From Lepidodermella squamata (taxonomy: Eukaryota > Animalia > Gastrotricha): a stretch of DNA of 64,000 nucleotides. Shown piece by piece: positions 11,702 through 25,632 of this stretch; within the stretch, counting starts at the first letter, position 1, and every line of letters starts with the position of its first letter. The notes under the pieces were generated by a model. That model ran no database searches and had not been told where the DNA came from. It saw only the letters and a program-made list of their open reading frames with translations. Position numbers and translations under genes: made by a program. Location: contig JBLDXI010000013.1 in assembly GCA_047495785.1 (NCBI GenBank), forward strand, positions 186,001-250,000, written 5' to 3'.

Positions 11702-12777
11702 GAGAATAAAAAATGACTTTGCCATCTCCGCTAAAAGCTCGTTTCTGGTGGGTATAATAAATGAGCAGCTGAAGTTGTTTCACCTTTTTCGCTGATTTGG
11801 TCGCCACGACATTATGCTTCATTGTCACGTGTTTACTCAATTGGACGAAAAAAGAATGTAATGAACGAGTTAAATCACTTTCTTTACTTAAATATTTGCC
11901 GAATTATTTCCAATGCGAAACATAATAATAATAATAATAATGTTGTACTTATCATCGACATCATCATTACTGGTTTTGCTCGACGAATCAAGCGCACGGC
12001 GAAATGAAAAAGCTCCATATCAAGGAGACCCCGGAGCCTATTAGCCGTTGTTTTAACAGCACACGCAACAACAACCGTAAAATCCTGTGACAGCAAGTCG
12101 AGAAGAGAGACAGAGAGAAGAGATAGTTGGGAGCAGGTTTATTCCACCAAATAAATACGATTAATGAACGCGATAGAGACGATTATAGCTTGCATGATCA
12201 ACAGTATATTAATACTTATCGTGAATATTGTTTCAGTTGGGTACACTTCTTCACATCTACTGGTAGTTTTCAGCTCGAGAAGAGGTCGGTCACGGAGCCG
12301 TTAGGAGGCAAGGAAACAAGCAAATTCGTTCGGGGCTGAGTTAACAAAACAATGGTATGTATCGGTAGTAAAAAAGCTTGTCCCGCCATGTGGCACGTCG
12401 ACTTGGGCCGACTTCGTTGTTAGAACAAAGCGACACAATTGATTAATCAAATGTTACATTGTCATATATAATATAATTGTAAAGTGTCACTGAGTAGAAA
12501 TCATCGCTAGTCAGTCAATCATTTGTTAGAAATCAGTAACATGATAATGATATGCGGACACAGAAAGAGAACGCGCGAACAGAACCGTACGCATTAGTAG
12601 TAAAAATAGGTGTTTGCCAGCGGCGGAATGATAAAGAATCGCGAGTCTTGCTGTAAATTTTCTCTATAACATTGCAGACAGATGGTTTGCAACTCGGATT
12701 TGCGTGAAAGGCAAACGTAGCTAATCGGGTGTGTTAGGTATTTTTCACATGAGACACGCAAACACTTGCTAGTGACC

Positions 12778-15700
12778 TTAACCGGTCGGCGGTGGATTGC
12801 CACCGTCGCGATTGGCAGCGTTCTGCCGGCGCATCGTCTCTGCCAGAACCGCCAGTGACTCCGACAACTGCCCAGCCACTTGAGCGAGCTGGTTCAAGAC
12901 TGCGCCAAGCTCAGGCGAACCTTGCAGTGTCGGAGCAGCCGGCCGATCGCCAGATTGCTGCGGGGGTGGCTGCTGCTGGTACTGGAATGATGCTCCTGAT
13001 TGGTAGGGCACGCCGTGACGCAGCAAGTGTTCTTCGACATCGGCAACACGCCGCGCCAGAAAAAACGTGAACAGTAGTAGGATTCCAACGCAGAACAGCA
13101 AAGTTCGTACGGCGAGATGGGGATTGCCGAGAAATATCTGGTCCAACCTTGCTGCTGGGGCTGCGGCTATATAATCTCGCTGTTGCACATTAGCCGCATG
13201 AGGAGCGTAAGGAGTTGCCAGCGGGGTGCTTTGCTGCAATGGCTGGACTACATCGTCGACATCGGGGGGATGGTGCACGGTCGGGGCGGGCCTTGCCGCC
13301 GGAGCCGATGCGACCGAGCTGGCCACAGCGCCTGCAACCGCTCGGGTGTCCTCAGCTGTAGCAGGACGAAGTGTACCCGCCGATGCCGTCGAGCGAGCTT
13401 GCCGCGCCGCCGGAGTTTCCGGCAGGGCAGCGTTAGCAGCCAGTGTTGATGCCACTGCAGCAGCGTTGGCACTTGCGGCGTACTTCTGCGCCTCTTCTGA
13501 CAGAACCGCGCGAAGAAGGGTCATAAAAGTGTCGATACCGGTTTGAGCATTCCGCTCGATCATGCCTTGGAAAGCTCGCCAGATCGATTTCCTGAAACAG
13601 CCATAGTCATAAGTACATTATAAAAAAAATAGAACATTCATTAATTACCTGTAGCGGACTTCGCCAGTAACTGTCATTTGGCTGCGAACAATTTTGTCCC
13701 CAGGGTGACGAGCAGGCAATCTCCGGATGCAGTAGCGCCACAGAGTGTAGAAGTCTTGGCCGTACGGCATGCCAGGTGCTGACGTTTCGCGTTCCATGAC
13801 GTAGTAGACGCCGGGTCGTGACTCGGGGTACATTGTGTGCTTTTCGATAATATTGGCGTAGCGGGGACCGACAGCCCAGCCTAGCTGCAGGCAGTAGCTA
13901 CCGCTTTTAGTTGAAGTCACCCCGATGGGTGGCGGCAGCTCTCCCCTCTGCATGGCTGCAGCGTCTGGTTTCGGTATCGCCGGTTCCCAGGGCGGGTAGT
14001 CGACCTGCGATGCGCCATAACGCACCCACAACGCATCCCACGACTCACCGGGGCCGAAAATCAGCGCCGCAAGCAGCTCGGGCGGAAGGGGCACCTCTTC
14101 GTCAAATGCGGTTCGTTTTAGATGCTGATGCTGCCGGCAAGGAACAAAATCAGCGGCTGGAAATGTTGCTGAATTGATGAATATCGATGCCACCGGTTCC
14201 GCCACGGTCGGCACAGTCGGCGAAGGACTGGGCGTGGGTGTCGGAGTTGGCTCATGAGTGGTCCCTTTCTTCACCGGCGCATCCGAAGCTACCAGTCGCA
14301 CGGGGCTGATGTTGCGATCACCACTTGTCGACCTGCTACGGCATCGGACGAGTTTGGAATGAGCGGCGCTCTCACCAGAAACACCTTGCACAGACTCGCT
14401 GTGATGCACTGAGCCAACAAAATAGCAATCAAAGTCAAATTTTTGTGTTCAGGTATCAGTGGCTTACATTGAGGCTTCGTTTCCCGACCGCGTCTTCTCA
14501 GTTGCTGCGGGGAACCTGATCCGTCGGGCATTGCAAACGCAGTGGCCGGGTTCGATGCACGAACCATCGCCTCAGTCGCACTTTTGCTGCTTTTCACCGG
14601 TGCTGCAGCGGACGCATCTGCGAACACATAAACATCGAGCATTAGTAGAACATTTTATCGAAGCTGAAATTTCATAACGAAGATGATCTGACGTTACAAA
14701 CGGCTTACGACGCTTTTACTGCTATAAGCGCATAGTCACCAGAGGGAGACACGCGCCATATTTTGCACACCACCGCCATTTGGCACGCGCCGCACACGCC
14801 CTATTTCGCGCTCAGTTGGAGCCAAAAAACTTTTTCACAATGCGTGTGCGCTGCTAAAATAATTCTGCGCCTTTACTTCTGCGTCCTATTCAATTTATCA
14901 ACTTATTTTTTTCATGAGATGCAAGTGATAATTAGTTAAATGGACATGGAAGCTACCGGCATGATAAAGTAAAATTCAAGGCCAATCCAGCAAGATATTG
15001 CTTCATTTTCCGCCGTCTAAAAGTGGGTTATTTTCGGCTTTACTTTATTACTTTATAATTTCGGCTCGGATCTTCGATGGGTAATTAAAATACTTCTTGA
15101 CTTTTGCTATTCGACTACTTTAGCGCTCTAAACTCACCGTAAAAAGTGTCGCCACCAGGCTTTAGTGTATTTTCTTGACGGGACGGACTGTTCCCTCCGT
15201 GAGATGCAGCGGTTACATTGACGTGATTCAAGTCTCGCTCGGCAACATTTTCGTTGTCGTCATCGAGGCCAGTGCTGTTTATACTGGAATTCGATGTCGA
15301 TTCAGCGTTGAATGCAATGCCCCCGACTTCGCTCGATATCGCACTTCCGGCGTTAGACGGCAGCGAACTGCTGGGCGGCACGAAGTCAACTTCATCCTCG
15401 CCAGCATTTGCACGAAAGCGAATGTCAAGCGTTACCGCCGAAGGCGATGGCACAACGGCCGGGGTGCCATATAGCTGCCGCACCTTTTGGTCGAGTTGCC
15501 CGCTAGATAGAACCTGTATAAAAAATGGCAGAGTGTCAGATGATTAAGCAACAAGCTCGTCGTATCAATAGCGTGTTAATACATCAGCTTTCAAGCAAAA
15601 AATGCGAGAGGTGGTGCCATCAACGCGTAAGACACGCATAAATAGTGAATAGCACATATACGTATTAATTGCATGACAGGTTATGAAAAAGCCGTGACTT

Positions 15701-17240
15701 ACAATGCCACTGCGCGAGTTTTGCCACAGCTCGAACATGACTGAGAAAAGCAAATCGCGGTTCGACACATGGATAAAAGTCGTACGGTCACCGTCCTCTT
15801 TCACAACCTGATAGAAAGACTCTACATCAGGCAAATCGCAAAGATCTATCCTAGTCCGCACCTCGATTGCAGTTGGCATCATTCGTAATACCTTCTCTTT
15901 TCGCAGTTTTACCACTTCGCTGACAGGTATCACAATTGTTAGCGTTTTAAACACGCCAGAATAAAAACAAATATATCGTTGAGATACATATATTCTGCCC
16001 GAATACAACAATTCCCGATTAACTGCCCCAGGTGTGACTGAAAAAAAGAAGTCGATGTAAAACTCATTAGTTGAAATTGAAACAATTCTAACCATAAACC
16101 AGACGGTCAAGAGGTGGATCAACCGCAGCAGTTTCGAATAATCTATGGAACTCGGCATCTTGGTCGGCATATGTAGGAGCCAAGTATGATTGAATCGCCT
16201 TAAACGCACCCTCCATGGAGCGCTTTTTCACTGGCATAGCGACCGGGGTGCTTGTCGGCGTTGTAGGGCTACCAGGTTCCTCAGGGGTCACTGCCTGTGG
16301 CACTAAGAAACTTGGCAACGAGGCAGTGCTTGCAGACGTAGGGACTGCATAAAAATGGTTATTGTTGCTATACTCGCTGCCTTCCTGCGAACTGGATCCT
16401 TGGTTCAGCAGCAATTGCTGGGCCGACGATGCAGAGCAAAGTGAGGCCGTCGATGAACTATTGGTGATGCCACCTTCACCGATGTCGCCCTCGGAAATTT
16501 TTTGGGATGCGTTCTCCCCAATCTCATTAGATACAGATGACTGCAGGGGAACCGCTTTTTTCCCTCGACGAAAGCTGCCCTGTTGTCAAACAAATAACAA
16601 TTTATCCCTGGAAAGCATTAAAGACTGTGGGTAGAACTCGCACTGTTATTTTTCAGGCTATATTTAATATTTAGTATGCAATAAAATCTGGGTCTAGGCG
16701 AATTAATACTCAAAAATTCAACATAAAAGGGCAGTATTTCACAACCGTCGAATCGACAGCTTTATGCGAGTATTTCTTTTACCAAAATGCACACTTGTGA
16801 TGTCTGAATCAGATTTTCAGGAAATTAAAAATTACAGCCTGATTATTTTCGTGCGATTTCAAGCGAGTGTTAATAGTTAGACAGCTGTTGCTGGACTTAA
16901 TGAACGCTGGTAAAATCATTAGTTCGCCGTTCATCTGACTATTACTTACACCAAGACCAGGATCACTCGCAGTTTCCCACTAAAATGTACGACAAAGTCA
17001 CAGTTTGAACGGAATACAGCGGAATTCAATATATTCATCCGATTGCAACTGTTATCATAAAATTAAGTTTCAACGGAAAACTTCATATGTTGGTTAAATG
17101 TGGTCAAAAAGGAAAGAGACTTCGGATTCTTCGCCTACTTTCAACGCAGCTTTCCCAACAGTGAGTCCAGTATCCCCAGCGGTCGCAACCGTCTCCAAAG
17201 TAGCACTTTGAGCGATATCACCACCAAAAGACTGTGGCAT
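12778..17240 (-). CDS. GRAMD1: GRAMD1/Aster-like sterol transfer protein (GRAM, VASt/StART-like and C-terminal TM)
   Basis: GRAM domain EFHRLF...LLYSGRIYVSQRYICFYS..LRKEK; VASt-like APGMPYGQDFYTLWRYCI; TM segment TLLFCVGILLLFTFFLA. Multi-exon. The start at 17240 is uncertain. Confidence 0.8.
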
Positions 17241-18607
17241 TTTGACAATGCACCGATTCGATTGATTACTTAATGAAACGGCATGATTTGCTTTCAAACT
17301 TATTACCTAAACAAAGAATGCGGACAATCAAAACTTGGACATAGACGTGATTAGTAGAACAAAAAAGGCTTTTCACAGGGACGTTAGACGTTATCAATTA
17401 TATTTTTCAATTACAGGGAACATCGAGCGGTATAGTGGTTTAGATGTGAGTTTGCACCAAGCACCAACTATAAAGACCGTGAAGTATATGTCCCGCTTTG
17501 TAATACTGTAATTTTACCAATGTACAAAGCATCGCACATGGACAATTATATATTTAAGCGTAATTAATGCTCGTGCCGACAAAAATTGAAGTCATGGGTA
17601 TGAAAGTTTGCTAGCAATGAAATATAGCTAGAGAAAGATCAAGAGGGAAGTTGAACACAGCAAATTAATAACACAGAATAGAGCAATAACTTGCGCGTGC
17701 CTTCTCAGTGGTTTCGCGAATCTGACTGCCACTTTTCCTTCAAGGCATTCTCATATGCCGCAATGAGGTAGCGCTATTTTTGCATGATTACAGCATATAG
17801 AATGCCATCGAAATCGAAAGAATAACGCATAACAAGACAGAAAAGTGCTTTTGAAGTTGGGTACATGTTATCGAGATAGGTAAACAGCTATGCCAAAAAC
17901 GTCTTCAACGGTGATCGAAATTCGATTGCTAATTGCAACTTAACTTGAAAGTTTCATATGCCAAGAACAGCTCGACCGGCTGCCGAGTGCCGATTGCCAA
18001 TTGCCATTTGCCAAGTTTAGTTACTTTTGGCATTTTCCCAGCTTTTCGTACCGAGGAAGTGCTGATTCATAAAAGAATAAAAGAATATGGTGCAAAATAT
18101 TGTTGACATTTATTAGTTTTATGAAATAATGATATTTATGAATTAATATGAGCTAATTTGCTTTTTGGTGAGCATTACATTATAGAAAATGCAAAATTTC
18201 ATAGCTTTTTTGAAGGTTGCCAATTTTGGCGGGTTTTTGCTTGTTTCGAAAAGTGGATTTGAGCCGTTCATCGGCATGGCTGCGCATCCTAGCTGTGTTC
18301 TGCGTATATCGATCACCGCCCAGCTATGCTTCTTATTGTCCGAAGAATTCGTAGGTACGAATAATATGTCCCTTGGATACGAGAAATGTTTTTCGATCAT
18401 CAAATATCAATTTGCTTTCTTCTTTTCTCACGCCTAATGCTGGGCGGCTGTTAAATTCGTCGATATTCGCAGTGAACAAAATGTACTCCTTCAATTCATC
18501 GTCAAAAAATGCTCGCCCTCCTTTTTGTTATATGTGGCATATTGCGGGCTCAGTTTAGAATTCAGGTTTTAGGTTTTATCAACTTGTAGAATTCTACTTC
18601 TGTGTCC

Positions 18608-19555
18608 ATGGTAATCTTTGGCCAGTTGGTAATTGGCGCCCCTGGTTCGGGGAAGACGACATACTGTCATGCAATGCAATCAATGTTTAAGCTGATCGGT
18701 AGGAAATGTGTGGTGATCAACCTAGATCCCGCGAACGAAGCTATTCCTTATAGATGTGACATTGATATTCGAAGCCTAGTATTTGTGGATGATGTAATGC
18801 AGCATTTAAAGCTTGGCCCGAATGGTGCCATAATGTACTGCCTTGAATATTTGGAGAAAAATCAATCATGGCTTCATCAAAGCATTTCAAAGGTAGGCAT
18901 TTCTGCTCTCAATTTGAAACTGAAGTAAGATGCGTCGATCCTGTTTAAGTTTCCAGATTCTTACTTCCTCATCGATTGCCCGGGTCAAATTGAGTTGTAT
19001 GTTCATAACAACGCCATGAGGAACGTAGTATCTCAGCTGCAAAATTCCAAAGGCTTGGACATGCGTTTAACGGCTGTCAATCTTGTTGATTCGCACCATT
19101 GCACAGATGCTGGAAAATACATATCAGTGTTGCTAACATCTTTATCGTCCATGCTTCACATGGCTTTGCCTCACATCAACGTGTTATCGAAAGTTGACGT
19201 CGTCGAGAAATTCGGTTCCTTATTATTTGGGCTTGAATTTTACACAGAAGTTCTCGACTTGTCCTATCTTATCGACAAGCTTAAGGTTGACTCTTTGCAT
19301 GGTATAATTCCTTGTAATAACATTATTTTGGTTTAGGATGACAAGGTTCTAGCAAAGTATGCTCGGTTGAATGAAGCGCTCGCTGGGGTTATTCAAGATT
19401 ACAATTTGGTATCCTTTTTCCCGCTCAATGTTGACAATAAAGAATTAATGGTGCGAGTATTAACGGCTTGCGATAAAGCCAACGGTTATGCCTTGAACGA
19501 TGAGTCTGAAACTGTCAGCGCTCTGTTGGCAGCATCAGTGAATGTTCAGAATTAG
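18608..19555 (+). CDS. GPN2: GPN-loop GTPase 2
   Basis: Motifs [36 protein letters not shown] and HINVLSKVD. Introns 18893-18949 and about 19286-19336. Confidence 0.93.
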
Positions 19556-19640
19556 ATTTTGTTACTGAAATCAACATTTTTAATGATTGCTATCTAGCTG
19601 ATTATTATTTTTTCTTTAGGTGAATTGTTAGTTCGTTTTT

Positions 19641-22600
19641 ATGGCGTCCTCATCATCCGGCATACCACGCTGTGTTGTGTTAGGATGTGACGGATTTTTC
19701 ATGACTTCCCAACCCGGCCCCTATTACTTGCTGCGCGGCCGAGATCACGATTTGTTGGTTGACTGGCTACGGGCTTGCCGATACTCAGAGCAGGACATCG
19801 AACGGCAAATCTCCGAGGCTAGTAGCAATGATGTCATTTGTGCATCTCATTTCATTGGAAGAAAATTCCGTGCCGATGTTGCCAATCAGCGCGTACCGAG
19901 CTTATTTCCTTGGTCACAATGCGGTTCAGACGAAAATAGTCGCGAAATGGAAACAGACACGTCAGAACCAGTCGGAACGTATGCAACCTCCGTGCCTCGT
20001 CAGATGATCACCATTTCATCGGCAAAGGCACATGATTTGCCTCAGAGGGCAACTCACCTTTCGGACACTGCACGTCGATTATCAGACTTGATCGCTACGA
20101 AGCGGGCGCTACTTGTAGATAGCGGAGAGTCGTCTTCGCTAACTACCAAGAAGGCTAAAACGATAACTGAACCTCCTCAAAAACCTGCGACTAACCGCTG
20201 CATTGTTCCCGACTGTGATGGCTATTTTCGTGGCGAAATAACAGCTGCAAGCTTTAAACCCAAGTATTTTACGTTGCCATTGAAAGATGAAAAGCTCATG
20301 CAAGAATGGCTTCTCGCAATCGGGCTCAACTCTAGGAGCGATTTGTCGGCTGGTAAGATATGCTGTACACATTTTAAAGACGGTGTCTTCAACAGTACGG
20401 ATCATCTTCATCGCATGCCGATTGTTTTCGCCCCTCGGTTGGCGTCAGGCACTGCGGCGCCTTCATCTGTCAAGCCTGCTAGTGTAGCTGGTGAGGAGCC
20501 GAGAAAGAGTGGATTGAAGCCGAACATGAGGCCCAGCTTTGTTCGCAAACCAGTGCCCGAGTCGGAAATGAAAGCAAAATCAGCAGTTGCATCTAAAGCG
20601 AGGAAAGAATTGAGTGATGGCGGTTCCTCGGACAGCCAAGAATCGTCTGACAGTGATGACGACGAATCTGGAACATCTTCCGATTCTTCATCTTCATCTG
20701 TTGAGGTAATTAGGCTTGTTGACTATTAGAATTGTCCATTTAAACATGATTGGCTTCTTCAGATTGTTAGTGCGATGCCTCAATTGCACTCAGCTGCTGT
20801 TGCGACGAGTTGGCGGGCTCCCCAATATAAAGTTATGATGCCGGAAGAGCTGTATACGATGATTTTGAACAATTACAGCGAGATACGTGGCCAACAGGGA
20901 GTAGAAAACGAAAGCTGGGAAGGTCTGGTTCAGAACGATGCACCGCCTGCGAAAATGTTTGGATTCGGTAATTTCCTGTCAACGCTCGGATTGAATTTGG
21001 TGCGCCGTCGTGTCTATCGAACCGCATTGGCTGCGTCTGCTCGCCAAGAGCGGCGCAAGCACGGTGGTATTGTGTTGCCGCCCGAGACAAAGGATGCTTT
21101 CACGAAGGCAGTCGAACACTTGGAGGGCGATTTACGCGTGCAGAAGTTTGACAATTTGGTGTCCAAGTCGGGCTCTCGAATAACTTGTAATCGGTGCACA
21201 TTTTCTTCCGAATCGCGCCTCGTCGTCGACTGGCATCGGCTGCAGCCACATTTCGACCGCACCAAACACGGCTACACCTTCTGCTGCATGTGCCCTTCCG
21301 AGCAGACGTCGATGAAAATCACGGCATACCGTGAGCACCTGCGATACCGTCACGGCTGCTCTTTCGTCGCCTTCGACCTTTTCTCGCAACCGTACCAATG
21401 CCACTACTGCACAGTGTGCTGCGCCACCTGGCAGGTCCTGCTATCGCACATGAACAACTGTCGGTTGACTTTCAACGTGAACGAGAATCTTCGCCCCGAG
21501 CCTAAACTCGACGCTACCCTCGCTGTTAACTTGTCGCGCTCACCGCAACACCTCGTCATTGATCGGCATTTACACTTCGAGAACATCATTTACCAGTAAG
21601 TTTCTCACATTCGGTTAGAATTGACCATTTAAAGCTGCTTAATGGGAGTTGCTCTGATTGACTCGATGCTATTTTTTATGAGCCAAGACAGAAATGCATG
21701 CTTAAAATCTGTCATTTTTCGACTGCTAATGCTGAGCTTTTACATTTTCACAGGGCTCTTTTTGATAAAGCGGTGAAGCTTGGCCTTCGCCGACCTATAG
21801 CAAAACCAGACGATGAATCGGCCAATTTTGTGGATCTGTCGCCCATTTACGGTACAGTACCGGTGAAAGACGGGCGGTCGGTCATTCCTTTGGGCTTTGA
21901 CGACAACAATCAAGAATTCGCGTCGTTTTTCGGGTTTTTGCGTCCTCCACTAGTTGAACCGCAAACAAGGACTACGATTCTGCAAGTGCCTCAGTCAACT
22001 GCGATAGTTCAGATAGTTCAGAAGGAGGTCGACCCTGCGCCGCCCCCGCCAACTTACATTCAACAGCCGATCGCACCGCCACTTGTTTTTCAGTCCCGCC
22101 CAGCCTGGCAGCCTCCGCCGCGGCCGGTTGCGCCCAGTGGTGCTCGCTTTTCATTCGCCCCTCCGTCTGAGCTCCCTTCCAGCTTCCGACCGATCCGTGT
22201 GGCTAAATTGCCCGAAATCACTATGGCCACGATCGCCGCTGCTACTGCCGCGTCGAGGCCTCCTCCCTCCCTGAACCCTCCTCCTGGCTCGGGACCTATC
22301 ATAAAATCAGGTTATGCCCAGCCCATGCAAGTTGGTGCAATTTCGATTCGAGAGGCGCCTTCCACCAGGTAATTTTCATCGCAGCGCAGCCGATAGTTGC
22401 TAATTATCGATTGTTGTCTTAGCGTTATCAAGCGTCCTGAACCGCCGTTCTCAGGTGGCAATTCTGTCATGCCGATGCCGAAACGCTTCCGACAAACCGA
22501 ATTCTGCCTTACTACTATGCAACGCCTGCTATTCTGTGAAATATGCCGCGGCATCGTACAGGAACGCGAGGCACTGCGCATTCACCTGTTTTGGGCTCAC

Positions 22601-23735
22601 CGGATCGGCCTGACTCCTAACGCTATGCTGACGGATGAATGGTACACCGCGACTTGCCCAGCGTGTGGCGTCGGTTTCTACACCCCTGACGGCATCGCTC
22701 AGCATCAACGTATCGGTTGTTACGTAAGTCTAAAAAATGGACGCAGTTTTTATCATTTTCCAGAATTTTCAATATAGAATGACATATTCGTTCCAACATT
22801 CTGCGTTGTTTGCCACAAATTCCTGTCAACATCATCGCTGCTGTGCGCCCACTTGGCTCGAGAGCATGGCCTCACGCCGCCGTCGATGATTCGCGCCCGT
22901 GTCTGCTTCATCTGCTCGAGCGCCTTCGACACCGAGGAGCACTGCGCCGACCACATGCGCCTCGGCCACCAGGTGACGACCGAGCCGAATGCAGAGCGCG
23001 AGGACTTCATCAACGTCATCTGGCAGGGCCAGCTAGTTGCGAGCGTCGACCCGGACGCGATCGGTGTCGAGGCCGCCGCTGCCATGGTTTCTCTCCAAGC
23101 CGCCGCCGCATTCGCCAGCCAGACCGATGACGGCTCTGTTCTCGTCGAACGCATGGATGACAGCCACGGAATGGGCCTGATGGGCGAGATGACTCCTGGC
23201 GTGTCATCGGCTAATCGCGCTCTCTTCTTCGCCGCTCGCGGCGGTGTCGCTGCTCCGTTCCGCCGTGGCCCAGGCAGACCGCCCCTTCGCGGACCTGGTA
23301 GACCACGCGGATCGCGTGCGCGAGGTCCTTACCGACCTAGAGGAACTCGAGGGCCATACCGGCCTCGCGGATCTCGAATTCCCGGTGCTCGCGGACCTGG
23401 CCGACCGCCACTGTCTGGTTCAGCTCAAAGACGATCAGCGCCAAAGTAAGTATTTCACATTTACAGCGATTCCTAATCGAAATGCTACTTTATTCTTTTT
23501 CAGACGCCGTGCCCCACGAGATCCAAGCGCTGCTGGCAAGGCACAGTGGTTCCACGAAGAATTTTCGTTGTCAGAGACGGACGAGGAGGACTATGAGGCT
23601 GGCGGTATGATGCTGGAGCCGGACGAGCCAGACATGGAGGCGTACGACGAAGGCGGTTACGGCGACGAGGACTACTACGAGGAGGACGACTACCAGTCGT
23701 CGCGGCAATCCCGTAAATCCAGCAAGTACTACTGA
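19641..23735 (+). CDS. Two THAP domains fused to a MEP-1-like multi-C2H2 zinc-finger protein, with GRP (AT-hook-like) repeats and an acidic tail
   Basis: THAP signatures CVVLGC..WL..ICASHF..VPSLF and CIVPDC..WL..ICCTHF..MPIVF. MEP-1-like segments CNRCTFSSESRLV..H..PH and FCEICRGIVQEREALRIHLFWAH. Introns 20706-20762, 21596-21753, 22369-22422, 22724-22777 and 23446-23503 keep one frame. Confidence 0.72.
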
Positions 23736-24036
23736 AAACCCGCCGCTTGTACATTCGTTGTTAATAGTCGTAGATGCCATAATTAGTCTCTGCAATGCCT
23801 CTTTCACTTTTCAACCGAATGGCCGGTTTTCGTTTTGTACGCTCATCAGACGGTCTTATTCCACTTTAATTCGATGATAATAAACTTTGCTTTCTAAATT
23901 TGTTTGAGTTGCAACTATAGATTACAGCGTTCCTATTCCATCCACATTTTATTTTTTCTTCAATCGACTAAGTGAAAAGTTAATCAGGCAGCATACAAAA
24001 AGGTCTTTAAATAGCAAAAGACTAACAAGCAATTAT

Positions 24037-25632
24037 TTAAGAGTGTTTATCGATGAAAGCAAAAATTTCGGAAGTGCCCTTTTCCGATGCAGCTGATGGT
24101 GTCATCAGGGTCAAATCGGGCATCAAAGGTTCCACATGAATAGCATTGGCTAGAAAGCTGAGCTTGACGGGCACACCGAGAGATCGCAATCGGTTGAAAT
24201 AAAGTAAACCTTCGTCCCTCAGATTGTCGAACTCACAGACTTGGATAAACGTCGGTGGCAGTTTGCTAACCTGGGAATCGTCTTCGTAGAACAACGGCCA
24301 TCCTCGGAAATCCAAAGCCAGCTTGGTAAGAGCGTCGATTCCTTCCGGCAGATGAGGTATTTCCTCGTCAAAAGCCCCAGCTTCGCTTATGTTAGCGGTA
24401 GTGTAGTCTGGAATCAAGTCCAGCAGATCTTGCGGCAGAGCTGCGACATCCCATCGATGCTTATTTCTAGCCTATAAACAGCATTGAAGTGAACAAAATT
24501 CACGGTGGAAAGTAGAAAAATACGTAGTCACGCCTAGTGACGTATCGCTCACGTCGAACAGCAGCCTATTTAAATATAGCGGAATCTTCTTGAGCCAAAA
24601 AAAATTAAAATTAAAACTTACATCCATTTCGTAGGTGAATTTTAACCCCGCGTACTTGACCATAACCCAATGGAGTGGAACTTGACGCAAGAAAACATAA
24701 TATCATGATTGCGACGACAATTTTCTCTGGCCTGCAAGTTGCTTACTGTTGTAATTTTCAGCATAAAGAACGTAAGACGGTAAAATAGCCATGCCGAATG
24801 ATACCAAGGCGGGATTGATAAGAATCTGGGACTTGAGTTGGTACTCATTAGATGCCGCCAAATCGAGCGCAACGGCTGCGGCGAGGGTTGCACCGGCACT
24901 GTCGCCCCCTATCGAGATTCTGTCCCGATCAATACCTAAAGATTTGGCAGTATCAAAAACGGCCTTTGTCACACGTATCGAATCATCGAGTGCAGCTGGA
25001 TAGGGATGAACGGGAGCCAATCTATAGTCCACTGATATAACTACCGAACCGGTTTCCTGAGCAAGTCGATGGGTCCACCGAAAATGAGTGATCGGACTTC
25101 CAATAATAAAAGCACCGCCGTGAAAGTAAATTATTGCTTTGTTTTGTTTCTCTGTTGTTTCCGGACTGAGAATAGTTTTCGAAATTAATTACCTAAAAAG
25201 GCGATTATGCTGCGACAAAATTTACCGAGAAATTATGACACCAACGCCAGCTATATCTGCTCTTTCATAATCGGCTCCTGCCGTGACAATAACCTCAGCA
25301 AAATTTTCAGCAAACCCGACCAGCTGCTGAAGGAAAAGGGCAGAGTCCCCTGTGAAATTGGATAACCACTATGAACATATCAAATTTATTGCTCTGATTT
25401 TACCAATTATGCCTTGTCGCTCGGCCCATATGGAGGCCCGCAGAACAGCGTTGCCGAAAGCCCCAGCGAATCGTCTTGGAAGCGAAATTTGCCCATATGC
25501 TGGTGGAAAAATAGGTGCTAATTCAAGAAATTGTCTTGCCAGTGCGCCAATGGTCATAAAAATCGCCAAGTTTTTCAAGTGAGAGTAACCATTTCGCACC
25601 TGAGACACCAGAATAATTATACGGCGCCACAT
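24037..25632 (-). CDS. AADAC/HSL-family (GDXG) carboxylesterase, copy A
   Basis: Motifs HGGA, DYRLAP, GDSAG, EFDNLRDEG and AIH. About 5 short introns. Start codon uncertain. Confidence 0.88.

Noticed and set aside
17426-17500. tRNA or tRNA-derived SINE (A-box-like GCGGTATAGTGGTTTAG)
   Set aside because: No B box (GTTCRA) or cloverleaf follows.
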